Shown: positions 23,801 to 36,635 of the stretch, one piece after another | How the letters are laid out: each line of letters starts with the position of its first letter | Numbering within the stretch: the first letter of the stretch is position 1 | Assembly: GCA_973895155.1 (NCBI GenBank) | Contig: OZ316893.1 | Span: forward strand, 3,516,490 to 3,580,489 | From: Marsupella aquatica | Lineage: Eukaryota > Plantae > Marchantiophyta | Direction of reading: 5' to 3' | Length of the DNA stretch: 64,000 bases | The notes under the pieces: generated by a model | Database searches by the model: none | Told to the model about the DNA's origin: nothing | The model's input: the letters and a program-made list of their open reading frames with translations, nothing else | Translations under genes and position numbers: made by a program

Positions 23801-24870
23801 ACACATCAAATTATGCCAATTTTGTATAGTAGAGTATGGCATTACTATCATATTTTCCTTGTTTCTATACTAGATATTTTGGGGTCACTAGAGAGCGTCA
23901 AACTCTAATCCTATTGTAGCCCAAAACTTTTCTCATTTTCTTAAGCACATCACCTTCTTATGAAAATAATTTAGAAGTAATTCTAAGAAATTTTATGAAA
24001 ATAACAACAACCCACATATATAGAATCAACAACTTGAAAAATATAATGATGTTTGTGGTTTGAAAAAGACAATTTAAACACTAGTCAAATTAATATTGTC
24101 CCAGATTTTCTTGCGAAATAAAGATTCAAATCACACTTGATTTTATAATTTGATCCCATTTGTGTGTATATCCGTCACATGGGTTCATAAATTTTTGTTA
24201 CCCATGTGAAATTATATCCATACATTGATATTTATGTTCAAGAAATTACAAAAACATCCATGAGATTTCCTATATTGAAGGTTTGATTTAATTAGAAATT
24301 AGATTAAAAAATCTTCCAAATGAAGATTTTTTTGGCCAAGACTGTGCCCCTCACGTAAGCACTCTTTCAATAAACTTGATGATGATGTACACTTTAAGTC
24401 TCCTCCTTAAAATTTAAAGAGGATCAGATTTGGCCAAATACAAGAAATACGCACTTGGATTATAGGAGAAGTATATTGCATTTTTGTAAGCGTTCAACAA
24501 ACATATGAATTTGTTGTATATTAATTGTAAATCTTGTCACTATATAAAGACTATGATGGTATTTTGGCTAGCGTCGGGAGGGGGTGTTAATGATAACCCT
24601 TGCCAAAATGTTAAGTATCCACTGAAAAAATATAAATTACATATTTTCCAATAAACCATGCACATTTTGTTTGCCTAACATGTGATGTAATTTGCTAATT
24701 GTAACCCTTGCAACTAATATGAAAACGTACCATTGTATTTTCGCTAGCGCCCGACGCTAGTAAACTTATCCCATTATGACAACGTGAGCGCAAAAACTCC
24801 TGTTATCTTCCTTGATTTTTCCTGTTATGATTTTTCCTGTTTACTGTTTCCTGTCACGGAGGTCAGGCCC
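20839..24870. mobile_element. Non-autonomous Mutator-like element (4032 bp)
   Basis: ~80-bp imperfect TIRs (CCGTGACAGGAAACAGTAAACAGGAA at 20850 and its reverse complement ending 24859), G...C termini and a perfect 9-bp TSD GATATTTAT (20830-20838 and 24871-24879). No transposase ORF. Confidence 0.85.
21890..23445. repeat. 116-bp tandem array, 14 units, each with an 11-bp-stem hairpin ACATTACTAGC-N7-GCTAGTAATGT
   Basis: Hairpin cores at about 21909, 22023, 22139, 22255, 22371, 22487, 22603, 22719, 22835, 22948, 23064, 23180, 23296 and 23413. Confidence 0.95.
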
Positions 24871-25339
24871 GATATTTATCCCTTTGTGGTGACTTGAAAG
24901 CTCATCTTTTGATATTGAACCGGGTATGGACCCTTCAAGCATGAGCTTTGGCGGCTATGGTATGGTTGGCCAGATTGGTATGCAAACATTGATTTCTTGT
25001 AATTGAATACAAGGTGTGTGTGGCTCAACATATGAGCGCGATTGGATTGGGCACGATGAATTGGCATTGATCACTGTTGGATTAATTAAAAATTATTGTT
25101 GGTTTTGGACATGTGTGTACATGAGTTCTACTTGTATCTATGTTTGTTTGTGTCTACATGTTTGGATGTGTGTGACAATCATGCAATTGGGAGGCAATCA
25201 AGCATGCAATGTATGTTGTATATAGCAAAGTGTATGCGCACAACAAGCTAGCTAAAGTAGTTAAGGAGTCCATTTGGTTAGGCAACCTAGCTGGTGAAGA
25301 ATTTGGTGAATGATTACACAACGCATTGTGCTTTTCCAT

Positions 25340-25452
25340 GTGATAGCAATAGTGGTTTATAGATTGTTGTCAACCAAATAACACATTGATGGTAAACTCA
25401 ACCCAACTGAAATGTTGACCAAGGTTATCCCTCATGGTGATTTTGCAAGACA
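25340..25452 (+). pseudogene. Ty1/copia RNase H remnant
   Basis: Translates HIDGKLNPTEMLTKVIP, resembling the copia NxADxLTK motif. Confidence 0.5.
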
Positions 25453-25754
25453 CTCGGGGGTTTCACTTCCACCAAAATGGCACATCACGTGCGACGAAAT
25501 ATACTTAGGTTCATTTTATTGGTTTGAAGGGAAGACTTAAGAATTTTCCAAGAAGAACAATATGGTATTTTAAATCCAATTTTGAGACTTCTAAGAGCAT
25601 TAGGGTCCCTATAACCAAATTTTTGGAATATTCCAAGAATATTCCAACTTTATAGGGCTTGAAAAATAAAAATAATTCTTACATTTTGGGGGGTCCGAGG
25701 CCTAAAAACGTTTGCAGGTGATGGGGAGGCATCCATATAGTGAGACCCCCCAAG
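25453..25754. mobile_element. ~300-bp MITE (family B); related copies at ~13220-13540 and an inverted partial copy at ~12920-13130
   Basis: Termini CTCGGGGGTTTCACT ... AGTGAGACCCCCCAAG with a flanking (G)CAAGACA duplication. The internal sequence is similar to 13220-13540. Confidence 0.6.
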
Positions 25755-25962
25755 CAAGACATTGCAATTTACTACTGACAAATCTTAGCTTCAGATTGCT
25801 AGCAGCTAGCGCTTAGGAGTTTGTTACCTAGATTTTGACTCAACCTTGGCTAGGTTAACAAGAGTAAGCTAACCGGAGTTAAGATTACTTAACTAGACTC
25901 TTCATGAAGGGATAATCATCTTTGTATCTGATGGAGAGAGAGAGAGAGCGCTAAGTAGCTAA

Positions 25963-26164
25963 CCCTTGGCCCTCAGTCTTAACTAATACATGGAGGACGG
26001 CGAATGCTCGAAGGGTAGTTTTTATTCATTTTGAACTAATAATTATAATTATTACCGGTAATAAAAGAAATTTTTATAGTAAAATAGAAATAACAAGGGG
26101 TAAACAGGTTGAGCTCCCGATCACAGGGAGGTTTACTTCTTTTACACGGAGTGAGGGCCCAGGG
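25963..26164 (+). mobile_element. ~205-bp MITE (family A), copy 3
   Basis: Same TIR and body; degenerate 8-bp TSD GTAGCTAA/ATAGTTAA. Confidence 0.8.
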
Positions 26165-28062
26165 ATAGTTAAGAACTTGGTGTGACAGAGGGGAGCTTGG
26201 ACAATAGAGCTATGGTTACATTTTTGTGTTCATAGTGAAGCTCTTGGTGTGGCCATGGACATAGCCCAAATGGGGTGAACCACGTATCTTTGGGTCGGTG
26301 TACTTGTGTGGTATATTTGTGATGATTTTGAGACATTATGCTCTCAAACACAACTGTTGCTCAACCGTCCTCACAGTTTGCACAAGCAACCAAGCACTCC
26401 GATAAGTAACCCAATAGGATCTAGATCTCCCCAAGTCTAGCATACTAATTCAAGCTCAACAAACATTGGTAAGTAGGTCAGCAATAGGTCCTCCCATTGC
26501 CATAAACTGGAACCAAAGCCAACACCCATTGTTCGTCCAGCATAGCTCCTCTTTGGGTGCAGTCCTGGTTCCCCCTTGTACCTATCTATCACCAATTGAC
26601 CACCCTGCCCCCAGAACATGCTCATGGCCCAAGTAGCGTAGCTTGTCCTAAAGCTTGTCCCAAGCTTGTCCTAACACGTTGGGACTAGAATGGTCTCGAC
26701 TCTAACAACCAACTCTCGGTTCTCACCAAACTGATAGCCTAGGGGTCAAGTGTACTTGGAACTCAACCTCCATGCCTACTTGGCCTTGCCTCCCCAATGC
26801 AAGCTCCCTTGGGAAATTGAATGCGGCTTGGCTGCTATTTTGGTAGGATTTGGCAAGTGGGCAAGATAGCCCTCGCAAACCCCAAGAATGACATCCTAGA
26901 CCCAACTCAGCTTAGAAGGATGTACAGTCCTCCTCAAGAGCTTTTCAATGCACCCAAGAAGTCCTCCAATAGACTTCCATTTGCCTGGGAAGTTATCACC
27001 ACTTACGTTTGGCGTTTCCCCTTAGTGTCGCGACCACCGTGGTTCACGACTTTGGCTCGCCCTTAGCCCCCAAGGAGACACCACTTCCCTCACATATGAT
27101 TCTGGAGACCTGTCATCCCCGGACCTACTTTGGTCCCCAAATTTTGGCCCTCCACCTGGACCCCAACTCACACGTCTAGGCATGCCACCAACTGGCTATG
27201 CCCATAACTTTCTAGTCAGGCATCCGTAGGCGGAGTGCCTTAGCCCGTTGTGATTGGGCCGACCCAATACTCATGCCTAGGCCCTCAGAACCCATCGTTG
27301 CTTGGGGCCCTCGAGCGGCCAAACCTCGGTCGGGCCATATCTCGTGCCCCAAATGTCCATTGTGCATGAAGTAAACTCCATTAGCCTTGGGCCCAAGAGG
27401 AGCTCTCACTCAAGCCCTCAAAACTCAAAGTCCGTGCGAGGGTCCAAACAGTTGACCTTGAGTCTAGCTCTTTCCCATGACCCGACCAGCCCCCAGCTAG
27501 TCTAAGTCCTTAGTGTGGGTCACTAGCTTAGCGCATTGTGTTTGTCAGTGCCATGCTCCATTGCCCACAAGTCTCCCCATGCTAAGTCCTCCCCGGATGG
27601 CCGTTCTGGGCTTGGGCCATAGGGGTGCTCGGCGTCGGAGTCAGCGACGCCGGAGCTAATTGTTAAGGTAGTTGAGTTCTGTGATTGAATACTACACAAG
27701 CGTTGATATATGTATGCATTCAAGCAAAACATAGGGGAGACTAGTTGGCTTCCAATTTGTGGTGCACCCTGGGGTCTTGGCGTGCTGCTTTCGTGGCATG
27801 TTGGTGGGACTGTATGTTGTTGCTGCCCATGGGCAATGGACCATAATTTGAGATCTGTAGGGGACCTCAAGGAGCTAGGGGTGCATTGCAAATGCCATCA
27901 AGGGTGAAAGACAGTAGGTGGATCCCAGTCAGAGCTGAGTCGGGATGCTACACTCCATTTTGTCTTTGCTTTGTTGTTGGCCCTCTTGTCAGAGTTGTCT
28001 TTCCTTTGCCTTCCGTATGTGGCGTTGCTTGTTTGCACTTATCTGTGGTGTATATGTGGAAT

Positions 28063-28064
<2 letters not shown>

Positions 28065-28121
<57 letters not shown>
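28065..28121. repeat. Compound microsatellite (AC)n(AT)n
   Basis: Directly visible. Confidence 0.95.
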
Positions 28122-28914
28122 CATTTGCAAGAAATACAAAACCCCTTAAGAACGCCCTTTCAATAAGAAAAACTACTAAACTACACCATAGTAAAATTGA
28201 GGAAGACAAGAACTGATAAGAAAACCATAAAGATGGAAAGTCACTACTTTTGATTATCCGTGTGGTTATCACAACTAATTTGGTGTTTAGCAAAACGACC
28301 AATGAGAATTGGTCAAGAGGATTGTCCTCAATCAAAGTATAAATACATCAATGTGGGCAGAGTTTTGAGCCCCAATGTTTTTCCCAGAGTGTTGAGTCTT
28401 TTTTCTTTTAACGTGAAGGGGTCCTTCTTGCCATTTTGCTAGTCATCTGGCACTTGTTCCCATATAGAATATGCATAGCGTAGAGTGTGTGATACCTTGG
28501 TCATGCCTCAGTCAAACTCAGAGTTGCCTTTGAGTTTAGTAGAGTCATCCCCTGATGTTAGACCTTGATGACTGTCAAATTATTTTCAAAATTGCTTCCA
28601 CTTGCCCAGCATAGCATACCTGAAATATCACATTCAGATCAAAGTTTGAAACCTGACAGATGAAGTCGATTGAACATCCATCATCGGAGATGGAGAAACT
28701 CTCAATCTAAGGTTTAGGTTTGAGACATCAATTCATACCATCCATCCCTGACATGGACAAGGAATCACAAAGACTATATGGGTTTGTGAAATCAGTTCAT
28801 ACCATCCATCCCTGATAATTATGGACAAGGAATCACGAAGACTAGATATGGGTATTGGCATCTACATACCTTTGACTCATCAAGATCTCAACAACTTTTA
28901 CGACAGATCTTGCA

Positions 28915-29165
28915 ATGATGTGGACCGTTTGCTTTTTCCACATTTGCTAAGTTTGATGAGGACAGCGGACCATTACTTTTTGCCACATTTGCTAGGTTTG
29001 ATGAGGACCTCGGTCCATTTGCATTAGTTTGTTTCCACTTTCTTGGTTTTTAGGGGTTAACTTTCCCTTTGCTCACTTCTCTTGAGTTTGGTTTTTGTCC
29101 ACTTTGGACTATTTTGTTTGCTCTTTTGTACTCTGTGTGGCCCTTTCTGTAAAAAGTTTGTATAC
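28915..29165 (+). mobile_element. Short 3'-end fragment of the same LINE family as 34320-36635
   Basis: Aligns with 36378-36635 (GATGTGGACC...GAGGACCTCGGTCC...TTCTTGGTTTTTAGGGGTT...TTTGTACTCTGT...AAAAAGT) and has an internal ~47-bp duplication. Confidence 0.75.
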
Positions 29166-31317
29166 CCTTGCAAGGGGGAAGAAAGAAAAAAAGTTGCAAT
29201 GCAAACTGTGATTCACTGCCTTGGCCAGAAACGGGACCTAGATATGGAAGCTTTGGATTGCGAAGTCGAGAGTGTACACAATCCTAAACTTTTTTGGATA
29301 TGAGCACTGCAACCGTTTCAGTGATTCTCCAAAAGAGTACGTTGCCCGCGGAGGGCGAGCTGTAGGGAAGTGGGGGCCATAAAGTTACCATTGGAACAAA
29401 GGGGACTCGTCGGGGGCTTTCTGAATTTCATCTCCATAAGGGGCCCATAAGTCTTTTCTTTGATTAGTAATGTACTGTAGAGATGCTCCAAAAGGTGAGT
29501 AGGACATGGCGCCCCACAACATTGCAAAGGTGCAAGCCCTCAGGGCCCACACCAATTCGGTACCGAACCTTTGCATGCCATTCCTAATATTAGGGGGCTC
29601 GCAGTATGGGCCTTCGCATTGGTTGGCAGACCATAATAAAAATCCCAGGACACAAACAAATTATTCTGTTCAGGTCAGGCCTGTTCTGGCCCCATGCTAC
29701 TCCGGTCCCTCGGGATTCCCAACAATGTCAGGACAGACTCGAGCATTTACGGTCTCTTCGGCTACGAACATTCTGTCTATCTAGAGTAGTAAACCTACTA
29801 CGCTGTCCTTGTTGCTTATGAGTGAGTGAGTTGGCCGTCAACAAAAGGGATGATCGACGGTGGTCGAGCAATGTCGAGTGTGTTCCCTATCCGTTTCTTC
29901 CGATGGCAGCCCACGATGCAAGCCGCTAAGTTTTGTCAGCTGGGACAGTCTTGCACGCAGTCATCAGCTTGCCTCTGAGCACATTTCTGCAATTCTGCTG
30001 GACTTTCTCGCTCTAGAATTCAGTGTACTCCATCGTGACTCGTGAGGCGAAATCTGCTCGAGTATGCGCAGATTTCTCCTGTATTTCCTCGCTGTAGAAT
30101 TAAGTGTACTCTATAGTGAGGACTGAGGAGTTCGTGTGCATGTGGTTGGCTTTACGTCAAGGGAGGGGGGCACTTGTGAACTTTTTACACCAAAGCAAAC
30201 TGCAAGGTTAATTGAGATATTAAAGGTGCTGAAAGAGTTGTTGGAATTCTATAACGGCCCCTCATGTTTTGTAAAACTAACTGCACAAATTGTGCTGGAC
30301 TAATAAATAATATATTAATATGTAACGAGACAAGTTGAAGACCCAGTTCGCCTGAAACTCAGGTGCTGGACTATTAATACGCTAAGCGACAAATTATGTC
30401 CAAAGAATGCTCATATTATAGAGTTATCCCGAGAATAGATAGGCACACTGATCACTCCAATCATATGCTAACAATGTGTGAACTGAAACTATCGTGAGGG
30501 TGACTTTACACGATATCAGGTCATTCAAGCAAGTAGTGGGCCAAAAATATGCTGATTGTGAAACGCTAACTTTGTTTAGAATTTACACCACCTCCAGATT
30601 TGCTCCAAACATTTCCAACCCTTCGCTTCAAAGGATTTGCATTTATACTGAATTTCATTTCAAATACTTTTGGTTTGGAGAATATCTTTAGAACAAGAAT
30701 TGGCCACCTTGAGAAATTGCTGAATCCAAAAAAACAGGTGAATTACATGTTGGATGAAGCTGGTCACAAAAACTATGTTTGTCCTATTCTGAATTCTTTG
30801 ATACAGAGACTTGATCTACATTTTCAAAGTGAAAGTGAAAAGCTCAAATGTGAAAAAAAAAAGATTTCTTTGGTACTCCCAGAGCAGGATAGTGGTAGTT
30901 TAATGACAAGCACGTCAAGAAGGCCTACACACAGATTCACCCATATCAAACTCACCTTGAACTCGAAATGAAATGCGATATATACCGCATACCGCAACTA
31001 CTACAGTACTGTGTGCGAGCCTAGGAGGGCGAGTAGCGTAACTACTCGATAAGCGCAAGCGCAAGCGCCGAAGGTACTCTCGAGTACACAGTATTGTACT
31101 GTTATGGGATCCAGCTCGGGCTTATTAGGCACAATGACACATGACTGTTGTGGAGGTCCTAATAACGAGCAGTCCAACGTCCGAAATCAATATTATCAAA
31201 AGCAGTGTCGAGTCGCAACGTAGTCCTTTAGGCTGTACTGAGAATTTTACTAAGTTTGCACTGAAAGCAAAGCAAAGCTACGAAAGCAAACGAAGCAATA
31301 CTGGTGTACCGTACTCA

Positions 31318-31674
31318 CTACCCTACTTCGTCCTGTCCTGTAGAAACTGTAGACATTATAGCAGCTAGCTTGCAGTGAGTGGATGAGGAATCGATCCAGA
31401 AAGAACAAGTCTTGCTGCACGTACCGTTGTCGTAGCTGGAATGGACCGGCCGAATCCAGAGTTCCAGATTGTAATTTATCGATCTTGAGTCAAAGGAGGG
31501 AGCAATATCGACCCTAATTTTCAAGTACTGTTCCACTTCTGAGAGAGTGCCACACTGCCGGGTGAAGGAATTGTCCCCTGGTCCTTCGTAGAAATAGCAA
31601 TTGAGGCATGACCGACAGTTACACTTCCACCCCAGTCGGCTGAACTCAGCAGGGTACGCATCGATGAACCCTGT
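31318..31674 (-). CDS. Possible terminal exon of a Cys-rich protein
   Basis: Open frame after a TTTAG acceptor: TGFIDAYPAEFSRLGWKCNCRSCLNCYFYEG...CSKTCSFW...; no upstream exon identified. Confidence 0.25.
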   Translation of the reverse strand, partial: TGFIDAYPAEFSRLGWKCNCRSCLNCYFYEGPGDNSFTRQCGTLSEVEQYLKIRVDIAPSFDSRSINYNLELWIRPVHSSYDNGTCSKTCSFWIDSSSTHCKLAAIMSTVSTGQDEVG

Positions 31675-32089
31675 CTAAAGTCTGGCACCCACAGTTTTGA
31701 TTTTGACTAATGAGAAAAAGACGAATAATGAGGTGGATGTGCAATAGCTTTGGGAACGAATAAATACATTTCAAAAGCATAAGGTACATACTGTTTCGTT
31801 GGTTTACTCGATGGTCAAGGCAAACTTTACGAACAGGATTTCATCCTACACGCTGTTCGCATGCGCAACATTGCCCACTCAAGAGCACCCGCTTGCTGTC
31901 AGTAGGACAGGAGGAAAAAGTATCCATCCATCTCCAATAGTTCTGTTATTGGCGGAAATTTGCCAAATTCGATGTCACTGAAAAGTATTGGTCCCTTCCG
32001 GTGAAACTTTTCCAGGCTTTTTGTCTTCAATATGGCTCTCGGACACAATTTTTATGGATTTTGAAATCAGTGTCTTGGACTTTTGGGTT

Positions 32090-32700
32090 TTGTTACGGAC
32101 GTTCATAGATATGGGTGCAAGGAAGCTTCAGAAACTGGGCACTAGAAAACAAACTTTCACCTAAAGAATATGTACAGCTAGATATTATGACCAGGACCGA
32201 TTCGCCCTCCACTGTAGCTTGAGGATTGAGAGCATCCAATGGGTCCTTGACAATAATTACCCTATCCATCCACAAAAACAAACTCCTACCCTGAAACAAC
32301 CTATACTTCATAGAGGTGTAGGGGGCACCGGGGACTTGGAGAATCTCCTTATGAACCTCCCAAAGGCTGGCACATATATCCCTAGTCCAAAGACATGTCA
32401 GCAAAAATACCATTGGCAATAACTTTCCCAAGCCAAAGTCTAGATCTGGATTTTTGGATGACAGCATGGGGGGGTCTGAGCTGTTGTGTTCAATGAAGTG
32501 TGACCTCATATCTTTCCAAACATTCTAGCAAGCAATGGTTTTAAGAATATCCCACAGTTTCTAGGTATATCCCATTCTTCACTGAAGCGGCACCACCAGG
32601 AAAATGTGGGTCGGGTTCAGGACAGAATGAAACCTACCAGTGGGTGAGGCGAGTTTCAAAATGTAGAGAACCCAGTTTCAAACCTGCTGAGTTATGAGGC
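32090..32700 (-). mobile_element. Highly degenerate L1-type LINE C-terminal remnant
   Basis: LWDILKTIAC*NVWKD and FLLTCLWTRDI resemble the W..IWK.RN and HLL..C.W...W motifs of plant L1 ORF2 C-termini. Confidence 0.3.
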
Positions 32701-34319
32701 AACTCCAATGTCAATGAAAATTGTACTCTTGAGTCCCAAGAGTGCAACAAGATGCACCAGGTGATATGGTTTGTTGCATGGCAAGAAGGGAAACACCAGT
32801 ATTGTGTAGCCGAGATACTGTAGACCATCTGCCAAATGACTATTTTTTTCTACTTCAGCAATTGGTGAGTGATTGAACTCCCAAATGACTGTCTTTTCTA
32901 CTTCAGCAGTTGGTGACTGATTGAACTCGAGACCTCAAGTAAGCAAGTCCAGGAGTCCAGATTGTCTTTTCTACTTGTGCTGGTTAGCTGAACTCGAGAT
33001 CTCGAATAGTCCAGTAGACGTGCGGAGAGAATTGATAGGTCTGCAGATAAAATACCGTACCAAGGTCATTTACTCCAAGGCAGACCAAATATTTGATGAC
33101 TCATATTGTCCAGAATTTGACCTTAGAAATTCCTTCGTATCGACAGAGAACTATACTCTGAGTGCAAACTGTATGGCAATAATTAGTATTGCAGGACGAG
33201 CGTGAACTCAGCAGCAGTAATTCGTCTCCTGATTAGTTTATCCCGAGCATTTCATGCTGAATGCCACGATTTGCAGTACCTGAGCTTTGGTATGATTGTG
33301 CTGTACGAAGTCAGTTGCAAACTTGGCAGAAATAAGCACCGTCAATTATATAGGCTTGAATGCTTGTTATCCTTGTCTGCACTAATATCGGAATTCAGAG
33401 GTGATGAAGCAAAATTGAGAAGCATTGGGGGCGTCCACGTCAGCGCTCCAGATATCAAAGGTGACGAAGCAAAAATTGAGGCGCATTTAGGACGAGTTGG
33501 TCACACCGGGAGCATTTTCGAAGCTGGTCAAATCTCTTGTATTGTTTGTCACCGACCATAGTCTGCCCAATCATCAACAATAGCTGAGGTACTACCAGAG
33601 ATATGTTTGATGGTCCCACCTGGTAACTCTTGTCTCTAGACACCTGCAAAAACGTACCGGTGGACCTCTTGAGACAGTCGGTTTTCCAAATATTTTGGAA
33701 TGGAGTAATTGCTTGATGTGTATGAACTCATTTTTATCCTTGCATATAACTAAATATATGGAAACTAAAGAGCCCATGGACCTCCGCTTTGTTCTACGAA
33801 ACCCAAATGGATTAGCAAATTTTGAATGGATTTGCTCAGAATGTTTAAATTGACTTAGCTAATATTGTTTATATTTTTTAGTGAAATGTGACCTATGAAT
33901 AACCTCTATGCCATTTGCAGCCAGTTTCAATTACATAACTAACTGGTTTCCTCGGTAACTTGACTACTCTGAACCTGAAAGAAGTCAAGACGTCATCTCA
34001 TTACTCAGGAACACCATGACATTTTGGCTACTTTCTCCCCAAGGTAGCCATCGTTGTCAACTATTCGCCACCGGTTCCTTTTTGTTTTCAGTATGAAAAT
34101 GACGATCCCTTCACGCAGTCTCTAGGGATGGGCAGGGGCAATGTCTTAGTTGGTCCATCTGGGCTTTTGTTTCCAAATAAATGCTACAAATATTTAATAC
34201 ATATATTGCCCTCTGTAAATCCTCTTTATTCTCTATAAATGACTTAATGAAAAACACATATTATTTTGAATATGCATTTTGAAAATTTCATTTTTCAAAC
34301 CATTCACTCACTACCATTT

Positions 34320-36635
34320 TGCCAGTGTATTGCAGCCGGTCGTTTGCCTCCTCCCGTCTCTCGGCTCTTGAGTGCTTCTCGTTTATTGGCCATGGCTAAG
34401 TCTTCACCGGGTGTTCGGCCAATTGCTATTGGGGAGGTTTTTCTTCGGGTTGTGTCTCGCACACTTTCCTCGCAGTTTCGCTCTGCACTATCGGATCATC
34501 TCTCTCCACATCAGTTTGCAGTTGGCATTCCTGGCGGTTGTGAGACAGTTATTGCGGGTATTCGAGCTACCTTGGACCTCCACCCTGATTGGGTTGTCCT
34601 CTAGGTTGATATCTCTAACGCTTTTAATACGGTTTCTCGGGTAGCCATTTTTCGTGCTTTGAGGGCGGCGGATCCAGACATCCAGTCCCTGATCCCCTTT
34701 GTCCGTTGTTTTTATGGACTCGAGGCCCCACTCTTCTATAGTCATCACTCCTCTACAGGTGTGTATACCACTCTTTCCTCTGCAGAAGGTACTCGTCAGG
34801 GTGACCCTTTGGGTGGGCCTCTTTTTGCTATTGCCCATTTTACAGCTTTACGGGAAGCCGCCATGGCCCACCCCCAGTGTATCTTCCCCTCCCTTTCAGA
34901 TGACACCCACATCATTGGTCCTCCTGCCGCGGTTACTTCTGCCCTCGCCACTCTTTCCACCCATTTGATGGGCCTCGGTTTACGAGTTCAGCCTGTGAAG
35001 AGTCGTGCATGGAGTCCAGCTGGGTTACCCTCTGATCTTGCGCTTCCCCCAGGGTTCTTACGTCCAGTCAATGGTCTTCGGGTCCTTGGCTCCCTAGTCG
35101 GTACCGCCTCCTTTTGCTCCTCTTTCATCGCTGACTCTCTATAGGCTGCCTTAGCCTCTACTCCTATGCTCCCTAAGTTAGCAGATTCTCAAGCAGCATT
35201 TGGGATGTTGTTGAGGTGCATCCACCCTCGTGCGTCTTATCTGGCTAGGACGCATCCCCCTACCGAGGATCTTTGTCTCCACCTTCGAGCATTTGATGTC
35301 TCCATTCGTCAGACCCTGGCCTCTCTTTTGGGGCCGGGTATGTTGCTCTCATCTCCGTGGCTTCATCGACAACTCAGTCTTCCTATTTCGCAGGGTGGTT
35401 TTGGGCTTACTTCCATTGAGAGCCTTGCACCTTTGGCCTTTTTGGGTGCGTGGGCAGCCGCCTTCTCATTGTTGGCCGATCGTTTTCTTATTGAGGATCG
35501 CCCTTTTTTACTTTCATCTCTCATGGAGGTAGAGGAGGGTTCCCTCCCGTTTCCATCATCCTCTCCGAGGCACCTGACACGGACCGAGCTCGGATTCTTT
35601 CTTCCGGAGGGAAGGGCGCAGGTGGATGGCTTCAGGCCAATCCAGTCATTCCTTATTTGCGGATGTCTTCAACGGAGTTCTCCACAGCCATGCATCTTCG
35701 TATGGGGCTGCCCCACCCACTTCTTGCAGGTTTACCTCCTTGCACTTGTGGGAAGCCTTGTGATGCCACAGGTGTCCATCTTCTTCGGTGCAGTTTGGGA
35801 GGTGAAACCATTATAGTTCACGACGTTGTGCGAGATGCGACTGCTCAGGTTCTCTCTGGCTCTTTGGTATGCGTGCGGTGGGAGGTGGTACTCGAGTTAC
35901 CTGGTCCTCCATCACAGCGGTTACGGGTGGATCTTACCATGGTCCGTGAGGGTCAACGTACATTGGCAGATGTAGTGGTGGCAAACCCATTGCGCCAAGA
36001 CATCATTGGGACAGCGGCAACTACAGCAGGGGCAGCAGCATCACGTGCGGCAACAACGAAGGAGGCCAAATATGCTGCACGAGCTTCATCCGACAGCTTC
36101 CTCCCCCTTGCTCTGGAGCTATTTGGGAGTTTCATCCTCAGTTTGATGGGCTTCTTCGGCAAGCTGCCCGGGATGTTCATGGCCGCATGGGTCCCACCAG
36201 ACCCCCGCTTTCTATTTTGACCATGCACTTTCGCCAACGCATTTCAGTCACCTTGCAGCGTGCTCAAGCTCGGGCCATCTATCGTCGATCTCTTACAGTG
36301 GGTGCTAGTGTGCCTCCGCAGCGGCTAGCTCCCCTTGAGGATGTTCCAATCCCACTTGCCGATCTAGTTTTGACCCTTGATGTGGACCATTAGCTTTTTG
36401 CCACATTCGCTAGGAATGATTGAGGACCTCGGTCCGCTTGGGTTAGTTTTAGTCTCTCTTTCTTGGTTTTTAGGGGTTCCCTATTGCTCATTTCTTACTT
36501 TTTGTTCCTCTTTCTTGGTGTTTAGTGGTTCCCTTTTGCTCATTTCTTTTTCGATTGGTTTTGTACACTTGGGCCCTCTTTTGTTTGTTCATTTGTACTC
36601 TGTTTGGTCCCTTTGTATATAAAAAGTGTGTATAT
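34320..36635 (+). mobile_element. 5'-truncated non-LTR retrotransposon, CRE/R2-type (RT + CCHC finger + restriction-like endonuclease), pseudogenised
   Basis: GVRPIAIGEVFLR, HQFAVGIPGGCE, *VDISNAFNTVSR, GTRQGDPLG, SLSDD, CTCG...HLLRC, HDVVRD, RVDL...LADV...KEAKY...FLPLALE. Stops at 34602 and 35142 plus frameshifts; T-rich 3' UTR ending in an A run. Confidence 0.9.

Noticed and set aside
26170-27960. GC-richer segment with short ORFs
   Set aside because: It looks like decayed LTR-retroelement debris, but no diagnostic motif could be read, so it is not called as a feature.
27945-28335. ORFs with THTH/YIYI/CVCV runs
   Set aside because: They are translations of the (AC)n(AT)n microsatellite.
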